A stretch of DNA of 62,929 bases, the filler included, from Theionarchaea archaeon (GTDB lineage: Archaea > Methanobacteriota_B > Thermococci > Methanofastidiosales > SZ-28-30): the NCBI GenBank assembly GCA_018992565.1. It is 6 parts of 6 records of this genome, joined end to end, with 100 filler letters (N's around TTAATTAATTAA, not from the genome) between each part and the next. Parts side by side here need not be neighbours in the genome. Positions count along the whole stretch, not along the records: positions 1 to 12,571 come from JACVGW010000078.1; positions 12,672 to 25,026 come from JACVGW010000079.1; 4 more parts are not named here. The stretch is one strand, 5' to 3'. Positions 9,204 to 18,514 of the stretch are shown here, piece by piece. The number at the start of each line of letters is the position of its first letter. Positions within the stretch are counted from its first letter, which is position 1. The translations under genes and the position numbers were made by a program. The notes under the pieces were generated by a model. It worked only from the letters and a program-made list of their open reading frames with translations. It did not search any database and was not told where the DNA came from.

Positions 9204-10775
9204 GTGAATAAATGTCGAAAGGTATTAGTGCTAATTACTGCTACAGTACTCTGCTTCTCACTCTATTCTGTTAGTGCAGACCCGCAGAAAGCTACTCTTC
9301 ACATTCAGACCTTTGGTTACCCGGGCAGAGATCTCTTGAAACTCAATGTTGACATTTCTGGTGAAGACTCTGACTTCTTGTACATCCAGGTCACTCCTGG
9401 CGTAATTGCCAGAGTCTCCAGAGAGATAAACATTGAAAATCTGCCTGTGGTGCAGATAGATGATACAGTCTTCGGAATTCCCAAGACATATTTGACTGAA
9501 GTGGGACCCAGTGAATTTGTTGCCGTGGTACCTAATGATGTTGCCAAGATGAAATGGTCTATCAGAGACAAGATTAAGGACATGAAGGGAAATAGTGTCG
9601 TCCGTGTTTTGGTATGGTTTAAAGATCCGTCCGCACATGCTGCGTTGGAGAAATTTGGTGCTGTGTACTACTCCTTCTTGAGTGGTATGGGGGCCTCAGT
9701 GGACATCCGGGTTTCCAAGATCAAAGCGCTCTCCGAAGAGAGCACAATCATGTTTGTGGAAGCTGAAGGTGTAGCCCACATTACGCTGTCTCAGAGTATT
9801 CCTTTGATCAATGCAGATGATTGCTGGGCTGCAGGATACGATGGTACTGGCACCAAAATCTGCATCATTGATACAGGGATTGATGACAATCACTGTGATT
9901 TCCCAGGAACCTATCCAAGTGGAAAAATCATTGCTTGGGCAGACTACATTGGATCAGGCTCTGCACCCTATGACGATCACGGGCATGGAACGCACTGCTC
10001 CTCTATTGCTGCAGGCGCGTATTCACCATATGGAGTGGCACCAGGTGCATCACTAATGGGGGCAAAGGTGTGCAACTCTGGTGGATCATGCCCAGATACA
10101 GCCATTATCCAGGGCATTGACTTTGGAGTAGCCCAAGATGCAGACGTGGAAAGCATGTCGCTGGGTGGTGCTGGCAGTGATGGAACAAGTGCTCTGGCCA
10201 AAGAAGCCAACTGGGCTGTGGATCAGGGAGTGGTAGTAGTATGTGCTGCAGGAAATGACGGTCCAACATGCTGTACCGTAAGCACTCCAGGAGATGCCAC
10301 CAATGTCATTACTGTGGGGGCCTCAGATAAGTCAGATGCTCTGGCCAGCTTCTCCTCCAGGGGACCCACAACAGATGACAGAATAAAGCCAGATATCACA
10401 GCGCCAGGAGTCTCCATATATGCTGCCTATGCAGGGACTTCGTGCAGTGATGTGGGCATGTCTGGCACGTCCATGGCCACCCCACACATTGCAGGAGTTG
10501 CTGCGTTGATGCTGGATGCCAATAGCACAGCAACACCTGTGCAGATTAAGAACTGCATGGGTGCCAGCGCAGTTGACAAGGGCAATGTCAATAAAGACTG
10601 CCTATGGGGCTGGGGTCGCGTGGATGCCTACGGAGCAGTACAACAAGTAATGAGTAACCCGGGCGTTTCTCCACCACCAGATGGCGAGTGCGGCTGTGAA
10701 TGTGGCGGTATTTGTCTTGGAACAGCACTAATATCAGTACTTATCGGATTCGGAATAGCTGTCAGGAAGAGGTAA
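9204..10775 (+). CDS. Secreted S8 subtilisin-like serine protease with a C-terminal Cys-containing membrane anchor
   Basis: Signal peptide, IIDTG, HGTH, AAGN and GTSMATP; C-terminus GICLGT-TM-RKR; GGAGGTGA Shine-Dalgarno before the GTG. Confidence 0.95.
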   Translation: MNKCRKVLVLITATVLCFSLYSVSADPQKATLHIQTFGYPGRDLLKLNVDISGEDSDFLYIQVTPGVIARVSREINIENLPVVQIDDTVFGIPKTYLTEVGPSEFVAVVPNDVAKMKWSIRDKIKDMKGNSVVRVLVWFKDPSAHAALEKFGAVYYSFLSGMGASVDIRVSKIKALSEESTIMFVEAEGVAHITLSQSIPLINADDCWAAGYDGTGTKICIIDTGIDDNHCDFPGTYPSGKIIAWADYIGSGSAPYDDHGHGTHCSSIAAGAYSPYGVAPGASLMGAKVCNSGGSCPDTAIIQGIDFGVAQDADVESMSLGGAGSDGTSALAKEANWAVDQGVVVVCAAGNDGPTCCTVSTPGDATNVITVGASDKSDALASFSSRGPTTDDRIKPDITAPGVSIYAAYAGTSCSDVGMSGTSMATPHIAGVAALMLDANSTATPVQIKNCMGASAVDKGNVNKDCLWGWGRVDAYGAVQQVMSNPGVSPPPDGECGCECGGICLGTALISVLIGFGIAVRKR

Positions 10776-10780
10776 ACCTC

Positions 10781-10800
10781 TTCCCTTTTCTTCTTTTTTG
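10781..10800 (+). terminator. Oligo-T archaeal terminator after the S8 protease
   Basis: T-rich tract immediately after the stop codon. Confidence 0.5.
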
Positions 10801-11044
10801 TGTTACAGAATACTGCATAGATTCTTGTTAAAGATCTTTGCCAGGTCTGAACCTCCCTCTGTTTGAACTTCTCACGTGCTGGGGCAGTGTCTTATGCTGC
10901 ACATGTATCGGTAGATATGCAGCGAGACATGTCTTCTTGATTCTTCAAGAAACCTTATAAATGAACTGACCACAGTATATCCTGTATTCAGACAGTGATA
11001 AAAACCACAAGATTGAGGTCGTTGTTTTGAAAAGGAGGTATACC

Positions 11045-11604
11045 ATGTCTAGCACACAACAAGCACGTGTTGAATTAGTGGAGCACTCTCCTCCTGAAAC
11101 ACCCATGGAAGGAGGAAAAGTGCCAGGACGTGCAGAAGAAGTAATCCATACTGAACATCTGACCAAGTACTATGGAACGGTGAGAGGAATTGAAGATTTC
11201 ACGCTTACCGTTAATAAAGGCGAGATTTTTGGATTTTTAGGCCCCAATGGAGCAGGGAAGACAACAACAATACGGTTATGCCTCGGTCTCATCTCAAAGA
11301 CGTCCGGGAGTATTACAATATTCGGGCTGGATTCACATANNNNNNNNNNNNNNNNNNNNNNNNNNNNNNNNNNNNNNNNNNNNNNNNNNNNNNNNNNNNN
11401 NNNNNNNNNNNNNNNNNNNNNNNNNNNNNNNNNNNNNNNATAAGAGTGGATAACAAGAGGCTCATCCTCACCATAAATGAGAATATAGACAGTGTCATTA
11501 AAGCAGTGGCCAATCACAGTATTGTGAATATGAACTTGAAAACGTACAGCCTGGAAGAGCTCTTCTTACGGTACTACAAAGATACAGGAAGAGGTGAGGA
11601 ATAA
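11045..11604 (+). CDS. ABC-2 transporter ATP-binding protein (middle lost in the gap at 11340-11439)
   Basis: GFLGPNGAGKTTT before the gap and SLEELFLRYY after it. Confidence 0.85.
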
Positions 11605-12571
11605 TGGTTGGCAATGTAATCCTCATGGAGTTCAAGTCAGGATGGAAAGGGTTCTTCATTTTTGCCTTCCTCATTTTACTGATATCAGCAGGAATGCCTC
11701 AGCTGTTTCCGTCATACAGGGATTCACTCATTACAGAACTGGAAGGTGCCCAAAATGTCAGTCTTACCGTCCCAGAAGAGGGCGAGATCACTCTGGCATG
11801 GAAGCCTGTGGAAGGGGCCAGTTACCTTGTCCTTCAGGATACTCGTTCCAGCATGGTAACTGCACAGCCCATCTACAGAGGTGAGGAGACCCGAATTACG
11901 CTCCCCGGGAATGGTGGAGAAGACAGGTACTACGCTGTAATGGCAGTAGTTGATGATACTGAGATACTGGTTGGTATTGCCACAACTGCAGAAATGAAAG
12001 ATCCTCTGGAGGACTACATGAATAACCCCATCTATGCGGGATTCACAGGGGGGAGACACATGAATTTGCTTGAGGCAAAGGGCTTCATAGTCGTGGAGTT
12101 CTTCAGTTTCTGGTGGATACTTGCGGGGTTGTTCATCGCATATGTGTCAGTGTCGACAATTACAGGAGATTTTGAAGGGAAAAGAATGGATTTGATATTC
12201 TCCACACCAATCTCAAGGGAACGCTACATTCTGGAGAAGTTCACAGCCATGAGTGTGATGTCGCTGGTCATCATCCTGGTGGCTGCTACAGGTCTTATAA
12301 GCAGTATTGCGGCTATGGAACTGAGCAGTGAATTTGACAGTAAAACAGCGATTTCAGCTTTGATAGGATGTCTCCCACTTCTTATGACGCTTGCTGCCTT
12401 TGGAATGCTGACTGCAGTTATATTCCAGAAGACACGGGTCGGGATAGGTGTTGCCTTTGCCTTCGTTATCGGAGGGTTCCTTCTAAACACATTTGGTGGA
12501 TATTCAGAGAGCCTGGAATGGATGAAATCTCTGAGTATTATGAACTACTGGGACTATTACTCTGTAATATT
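11604..12571 (+). CDS. ABC-2 permease with an inserted extracellular domain; 3'-truncated at contig end
   Basis: MDLIFSTPISRERYILEKF ABC-2 motif and multiple TM segments. Confidence 0.85.
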
Positions 12572-12671
12572 NNNNNNNNNNNNNNNNNNNNNNNNNNNNN
12601 NNNNNNNNNNNNNNNTTAATTAATTAANNNNNNNNNNNNNNNNNNNNNNNNNNNNNNNNNNNNNNNNNNNN
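12572..12671. other. Artificial contig-joining linker; same at 25027-25126, 37295-37394, 49033-49132 and 60326-60425
   Basis: Identical N-run, TTAATTAATTAA (stops in all six frames), N-run structure at each site. Confidence 0.95.
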
Positions 12672-12687
12672 ATCCCGCCCCCGGCAT
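12672..12687 (+). tRNA. Probable 3' end of a tRNA cut by the contig start
   Basis: ATCCCGCCCCCGGCA resembles the end of a T-arm plus the acceptor strand. The anticodon is absent. Confidence 0.4.
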
Positions 12688-13002
12688 ACTATGACTCTCG
12701 GATCCCAAAAATCTCAATAGTCTAAATTCTACTCTGTTTTCAGAAAGAGCAGAATCAATGTACCTGTTGTCCTCGTGAGCTGTTTTTCACCTTTTTTCTG
12801 CTGGACCTTAGATTGAACACTCCTTACTCACAGACTATGCTCTCAACCAGTTCCTTCTCTTCTCTTTTGTAAACTCGACTTTTCATTTCGGTAGAGAAAA
12901 AAGAACAGATAAAATTCCACTGCGGAGCTGCAAACCAATGATGCCAATAGACAAAGAGGAAGTAAGTCATGAAAAAAAAATCCTTCCCAGATCTTCCTCT
13001 AG

Positions 13003-13302
13003 CTACAGGTCCCTTTTCCGAATCAAAGAGTTCCCCACAGTAAGTGTATCAGTGTCCTTAATACCCGGGACAGTGGCTATTTTCCCCCCAATTAACCTCA
13101 TACCATTCTCGAGACTCTCCTGGAGAAAATGGCGCTCGACATCTAGGACTAGAAGAATATCATGCCTACCGAAAATACTGTGTACTTCTGTAGTCTCAGG
13201 GAACTTCTTCAGTTTCTCTACCACCTCTTCATGCTTTCCACCTTCTGTGTCTACAAGCACAAAGAATCGCTGGGTTTTCTTGGGTTCTATGAATTCAGTC
13301 AT
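13003..13302 (-). CDS. Stand-alone Lrp/AsnC ligand-binding (RAM) domain protein
   Basis: EVHSIFGRHDILL and IATVPGIKDTDT. Confidence 0.85.
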   Translation of the reverse strand: MTEFIEPKKTQRFFVLVDTEGGKHEEVVEKLKKFPETTEVHSIFGRHDILLVLDVERHFLQESLENGMRLIGGKIATVPGIKDTDTLTVGNSLIRKRDL

Positions 13303-13570
13303 ATCATCTTTTTACCAGAGGATTTTATAAGCATTTCTATTCTCTTTCCTCAGTTCTTCCCACACGTTCATATCATTTTCCTGAACCTGTACAACCCAAA
13401 TTAAAGCTGTCGTTCTCATTCATCTCTTGAATCAATAAATTCATACCTTATTCGATTTACGGTGGATAATTCAGCAATGATGGTAGGTGGTTATCAATGG
13501 CTCCAGTCCACGGCAGAAACGTTATTAATACAAGTAATGAAGCAGTACTAGTCCAACAGGAGGAATATTC

Positions 13571-14326
13571 ATGAACATGGTAAAGTCAGAATATCATGGT
13601 ACTGTGGCCCTCATGAACCTGACCAGAGGGACCACCAATGCCCTTAACACCCCATTCATCATTGAATTATCTGAAACACTGGACATGATAGCGAAAGATC
13701 CAAACGTGAATGGTATCGTCATTTCAAGCTCGAATGAGAAGTTTTTCTGCATCGGATATGACCTCAAGGAGTTGCATTCTCTTTCCCGTCAGGAATTCAC
13801 AGAATTCTATCACGTTTTCAACCAATTCTGTGTTGATCTCATCACAGTGCCAAAGCCGACTATTGCAGCAATTACGGGGCATGCCATAGCTGGAGGATGC
13901 GCTCTCACTTTGTGTTGTGATTACAGGTTCATTGCTGAAGGTCATAAATTGATGGGATTCAACGTGCTGCGACTGGGAATTCCTGTTCCCTATCTTGTGG
14001 GGTGGCTCCTGCACCACATAGTAGGAGCACGGGCTGCCAGAAATATCGCAGACTCGGGACAGTTCTTTACACCTCAGCAATTGCTGGATACGGGGCTAGT
14101 GGATTCTGTTCTGCCTCTGGAGACTGTTATCTCAAAATCTCTTGAAAAAGTTCAGACACTGGGTGATTTACCACACAGAGCATTCACTATAACTAAATGC
14201 AATCGTAATGAAGCCTTCAAGAAGGAAATTTTGACCCAGCTCGAGGAAAAGAACCAGGAATTCATAGATTGTTGGTTCTCAGAAGAGACGCAGACCTTGC
14301 TGAAAAATGCAGCAGAAAAATTCTGA
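13571..14326 (+). CDS. Enoyl-CoA hydratase/isomerase family protein
   Basis: FFCIGYDLKE and PKPTIAAITGHAIAGG..CDYR. Confidence 0.9.
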   Translation: MNMVKSEYHGTVALMNLTRGTTNALNTPFIIELSETLDMIAKDPNVNGIVISSSNEKFFCIGYDLKELHSLSRQEFTEFYHVFNQFCVDLITVPKPTIAAITGHAIAGGCALTLCCDYRFIAEGHKLMGFNVLRLGIPVPYLVGWLLHHIVGARAARNIADSGQFFTPQQLLDTGLVDSVLPLETVISKSLEKVQTLGDLPHRAFTITKCNRNEAFKKEILTQLEEKNQEFIDCWFSEETQTLLKNAAEKF

Positions 14327-14374
14327 CACTGTAGTTACTGAAAAGCTTATATCTTTTGGTGTCCAGGTTCTGGT

Positions 14375-15274
14375 ATGGCATACACCATCGAGAATTACAA
14401 GGAGGCTTTCATTGAAGACCAAGTGAGAGTGGGAAGAGAAGTCACCGCAACCTGGAAATCTTTTGAGCAGTCCAGTGCTGACCAGCTGCGGCAGGTGTAT
14501 TCAGCACCTGGCTTTGATCCCGAAACCAGGTTCTATTGCTTCCAGAATGATGAGCTAGTGGGATTTTTGACCTCCAGTATAGTGAAAGATGCAGAACCCC
14601 CAGGGAGGGCCAACCTTGAGTTTCCCCTGGTTCTTCCAGGCCATGAAGAGGCTGAATCCCTCTTATTTGAGAGAGCTCTGGATGTACTTCGGAGAAGAGG
14701 TGTTGAGGTGGTGAGAACCCGGGTCAGCCAGGCCTGGGGAAAGACGTGTGACATGGCAAAGAGGTGGGGATACACGTTTGTAGAGGAACAGGCGATAGCG
14801 TACAGCGCAATCCTTGCTGAGGTATCAATACCAGAGAGCTCTGGGCTAGACAGTGTCGAAGAATATAATCACCAGAAGGACTGTAGACAGATGGTGGACA
14901 TCTTCGTGAGACACTACGGTATGTCTCCTGAGCAGGCCCGGGCGAATTTTGATGCTCTGGCTAATGCAAAAGGTCAAGTCATCTCACATGTAGTAGCTCG
15001 GAAGAATGGACAGATTATAGGTCGAGCCCTAGCACTTCGTTACGAGAATGACCCAACCCACGGGCATACAGGGGCTTTGTTCGTCACAGATGAGAAGCAA
15101 CGCCCTTTGCTCATAGCCAGACTACTAGAGGACTGCAGGGCAAAAGGTATTACCAGTCTCGATGCTGTCATTTTTGGCGACATGCTCAAGAACAGGGAAA
15201 CGATTTCCGGTATATATGAATCTCTGGGGTTCATTCACCTGGCTACAGTGTCCTGCTACGAGAGAAAAATCTAG
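14375..15274 (+). CDS. Tandem GNAT-fold protein
   Basis: LVGFL, LFERALDVLRRRGV and YESLGF GNAT-like segments in both halves. Confidence 0.6.
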   Translation: MAYTIENYKEAFIEDQVRVGREVTATWKSFEQSSADQLRQVYSAPGFDPETRFYCFQNDELVGFLTSSIVKDAEPPGRANLEFPLVLPGHEEAESLLFERALDVLRRRGVEVVRTRVSQAWGKTCDMAKRWGYTFVEEQAIAYSAILAEVSIPESSGLDSVEEYNHQKDCRQMVDIFVRHYGMSPEQARANFDALANAKGQVISHVVARKNGQIIGRALALRYENDPTHGHTGALFVTDEKQRPLLIARLLEDCRAKGITSLDAVIFGDMLKNRETISGIYESLGFIHLATVSCYERKI

Positions 15275-16374
15275 ATTCATAGTGTCTGCTCAAGGAAGGA
15301 TTCGAAATGCTCCTGGCCTTCAAGAGAACAGAGAAGATAGCTCATTTTCCATGGCGACAGCTGGATTCAATGATCAATGATCCGTTTCTTCTCTAGGATT
15401 GATCATCAAGGCACACGGCATGTAAACTGCAACGGGACTCATCAGTTGCTTGCTCTTCTTGTTCCCCCACAGTACGTGCTATAGAGTCTCCACTCTGGCG
15501 AGCTGTCACTTTCTTCGATGGGAATGCCCTGCAACCCAAGAAATAGACATCAGTTCTTTTTCTTGCTGGGGAAGAGGGCGAATTTTGAAGACATTTTTTC
15601 TTCCCAATCCTTTAATTTCGTACTCCAGGTTTCCAATGTTATCACCTCTATTCGGCTATTCCACAACTTGTACGCCAAGTCTGGATTCATACTCGATAAC
15701 CACAACAGGAGATTCGCAGTTATGGACACTGTGTCCCCTTTGAGGGAACACCTGTTCAACATCCATTTCCGTGGTTCTCTTGCAAACTGTCTCTATTGGA
15801 CAATCCAGTTCAAGAATCTCCTTACTATGCTCCACCAGTTCACTTTGATATTCAGAAACAAATTTCAAGTAGCTGAGACAGGGTTATGCCTCTTTTGTTC
15901 AAATGAAATTTGACTATCTTTTCTCCTCAGTTCCTTTCCCTATCAACGCCCTGCCTTATGAAGCTTTCTATTGGGCTACCGTGTTCCACACTTGAGAAAT
16001 GAATGCGGGAAGGAAAGCACAACCCAAACGAAAAATCAAAGCGATAAGAAAACCTGAAGGAACTGTTTCATCACGAATATTCCCTGTAATCGAACATGCC
16101 CTCCGTCCCATTGATTAAATTCCCCTTTCCTGTCAAATATTTCTATAGTTCTTCGAAATAGACATATGGGATAATATAAAGGAAATAGATCGAGTCAAAT
16201 TCATATGCAAGAATAAGAGAGGCAATACTCAATTTTCGTACACGTCAAGAGTATCTGTTGTATCATCTGCAGGATAAATCTCCTTTAATTCCATATTTAT
16301 AAAATTTATAGATCAAAGTACTTATTAGCCCATGTCTAATTGTGCATGTAACAAAGAAGAATGAGGTGAGAAAT

Positions 16375-18123
16375 TTGAAAGGTAAAAAGGCATTAATACT
16401 CGTCCTTGCACTGGTCGTGAGCCTGGTGGGTTCTACAGCTTTTTCTGAGAACGATAGCTTAAGTGTGGACTTCACGTTTGAGATAGTCCAGATGAACCCA
16501 TGTGTGACATGCGGTGAATGCATGGTAGCTGACACTCAGATTTGGAGTGAACCCGGAGCGCCATTGGTGCCCTACAGATCTGTTACTATTCTGCTTCCCC
16601 AAGGTGCAGAACTGGAGGATATCAAGGTGAGGCATGGACAACCCATCGTTCAGAAGGGGATTGAACTCCCATGGGGCCAGCCACCCTGCATACACGGTGA
16701 AAATCTCCTGAAAGCTGGGATGAACGAGACAATCTACGGCTCTGACAACATGTACCCCAGTGAGATATTCCAAGTTGTTGGTGTAGAATATCTCAAGGGA
16801 TGTGCCATATTGAACGTCAACCTGTTTCCTGTTCAGTACATGCCACAATCTGGAGCAGTTAGATTCTATCATGAAATGACTGTAAAAGTACAATTGGGAA
16901 AGGGTACGAAGAACAAGCTGTATAGAGGGCTGGCTTCCGACAAGGCAGAAGTTGCGAGTCTCGTATGCAATCCTGATGTCCTGACGACATACGAAGATGT
17001 GCCAGCACCTTTGACAACAGAAGAATACATCATCATCACCAACGATACCATGCAGTCAACGTTCCAGACATTACGTGCCTGGAAGAGCAATTTTGTGATC
17101 AACCCAACTGTGTACACAGTGAGCTGGATCAGTTCCAACTACGCTGGTACTGACATCCAGATGAAGATGAGAAATCTCATTATTGACAAGTACACCAACA
17201 ATGGTTGTAAGTATGTCCTTCTGGGTGGAGATGTTGCTGCTGTCCCCTACAGAGGATTCTACGTATCCACTGGCGGATACACTGATTCCGATATGCTTGC
17301 TGACATGTACTTTGGTCACCTGGATGGCAGTCACAACTCAGATGGTGACAGCAACTATGGTGAGATCACTGATGGTGTCGACTTCTATGCAGAAGTTGCT
17401 GTGGGACGAGCTCCATGTCAATCTGTAACAGAGGCTCAGAACTTCGTCAACAAGGTCATTGCCTACGAGCAAGCTGCGAAACCCGAGAGAGTCTTGCTTC
17501 ACCAATCCAGAGTGTCTCCTGGAAACAGCCCTGATTCTCGATGCTTGGCCTACAGATCTGACGACTACATCCCGGGTGACATCATCATTGACTATATCTA
17601 TGAAGAGAATGGCACCATCACGAAAGCAGTGTGGATCCAGTATTGGGCTCAAAACCCCTTGATAGTAGTACATGTGGGGCTTGGAAATACAAATTGCTAC
17701 CTCCTCAACTACGAAGTTGGTGGTACGGTAACCTGGTACAATTCAGACGTAGCCAGCCTAACCAATACCTTTTGGCCCTGGCATACCAGTCTTTCGAGTC
17801 TCACAGGACAGATTGAAGCTAACGACTGCCTTGGAGAAGCCTACGTCATGGACCCTGACAATGGTGCTATTGCTTGTCTAATGAACGACAACTACGCTTG
17901 GTACAGCATGAATAATGCTTGCATGTATTCTGGTGAGTTCATAGAAATGATGATCAGAGCCTTTTTCAGCGATGGAGAGGAAAGACTTGGCGACATGCTG
18001 AACAAGGCAAAAAGTTATTTAGCATCTTCAGCCCAGTGCAATTCAACGTACAGATGGTGCTTTTATGAGATCAACCTGATTGGAGATCCTGAATCACCCT
18101 GTCTGACCGAGAGAGAGCAATAA
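16375..18123 (+). CDS. Secreted gingipain-like C25 peptidase family protein (propeptide plus C25 domain), probably catalytically inactive
   Basis: GAPLVP propeptide, YIIIT, YVLLGGD..VP, AVGRAP and NLIGDP; GAGGTGA Shine-Dalgarno before the TTG. Confidence 0.85.
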   Translation: MKGKKALILVLALVVSLVGSTAFSENDSLSVDFTFEIVQMNPCVTCGECMVADTQIWSEPGAPLVPYRSVTILLPQGAELEDIKVRHGQPIVQKGIELPWGQPPCIHGENLLKAGMNETIYGSDNMYPSEIFQVVGVEYLKGCAILNVNLFPVQYMPQSGAVRFYHEMTVKVQLGKGTKNKLYRGLASDKAEVASLVCNPDVLTTYEDVPAPLTTEEYIIITNDTMQSTFQTLRAWKSNFVINPTVYTVSWISSNYAGTDIQMKMRNLIIDKYTNNGCKYVLLGGDVAAVPYRGFYVSTGGYTDSDMLADMYFGHLDGSHNSDGDSNYGEITDGVDFYAEVAVGRAPCQSVTEAQNFVNKVIAYEQAAKPERVLLHQSRVSPGNSPDSRCLAYRSDDYIPGDIIIDYIYEENGTITKAVWIQYWAQNPLIVVHVGLGNTNCYLLNYEVGGTVTWYNSDVASLTNTFWPWHTSLSSLTGQIEANDCLGEAYVMDPDNGAIACLMNDNYAWYSMNNACMYSGEFIEMMIRAFFSDGEERLGDMLNKAKSYLASSAQCNSTYRWCFYEINLIGDPESPCLTEREQ

Positions 18124-18514
18124 AAAGACACTCTGACAATCGCCAGCCTGCGTGGTGTAGTGAATCACTGTTACCGAACGTGCAACTGGTACCATGACAA
18201 TCTCAGAATGCCCTGATATGGCAATTCTTCATTGGTAGATGACTGAAATGCTGACACATCATTTCCTTTCAGCTTCAATTGGGACGTGGCCACCCATTCC
18301 AATGGTAGCCACACAATCGCAACGAGAAGGTATTTTCCTTTTTCTTTTTTCAATTCACTATAATTCTCCTTGAGATGAGTGATCTTTCATCATATCAGGA
18401 TCCCACATTTATCACATCCCTGCCCCAGTTCACAAAATCAACACACCCTATGCAAAAAATATTTAAGATATGCCCACAAAGAGAGTGCATTAGCGAAAAC
18501 TAGGTGGTGATAAG

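Noticed and set aside
12616..12627. Recurring palindrome TTAATTAATTAA
   Set aside because: It is an artificial contig linker. Genes on opposite sides of a linker are not evidence of linkage.
15275..16100. Short ORFs and a Shine-Dalgarno-like site on the minus strand
   Set aside because: The frames are fragmented with no recognisable motif. They may be decayed DNA but cannot be assigned.
18171..18353. 60-aa minus-strand ORF vaguely like the neighbouring TolB signal region
   Set aside because: The similarity is too weak to support a call.
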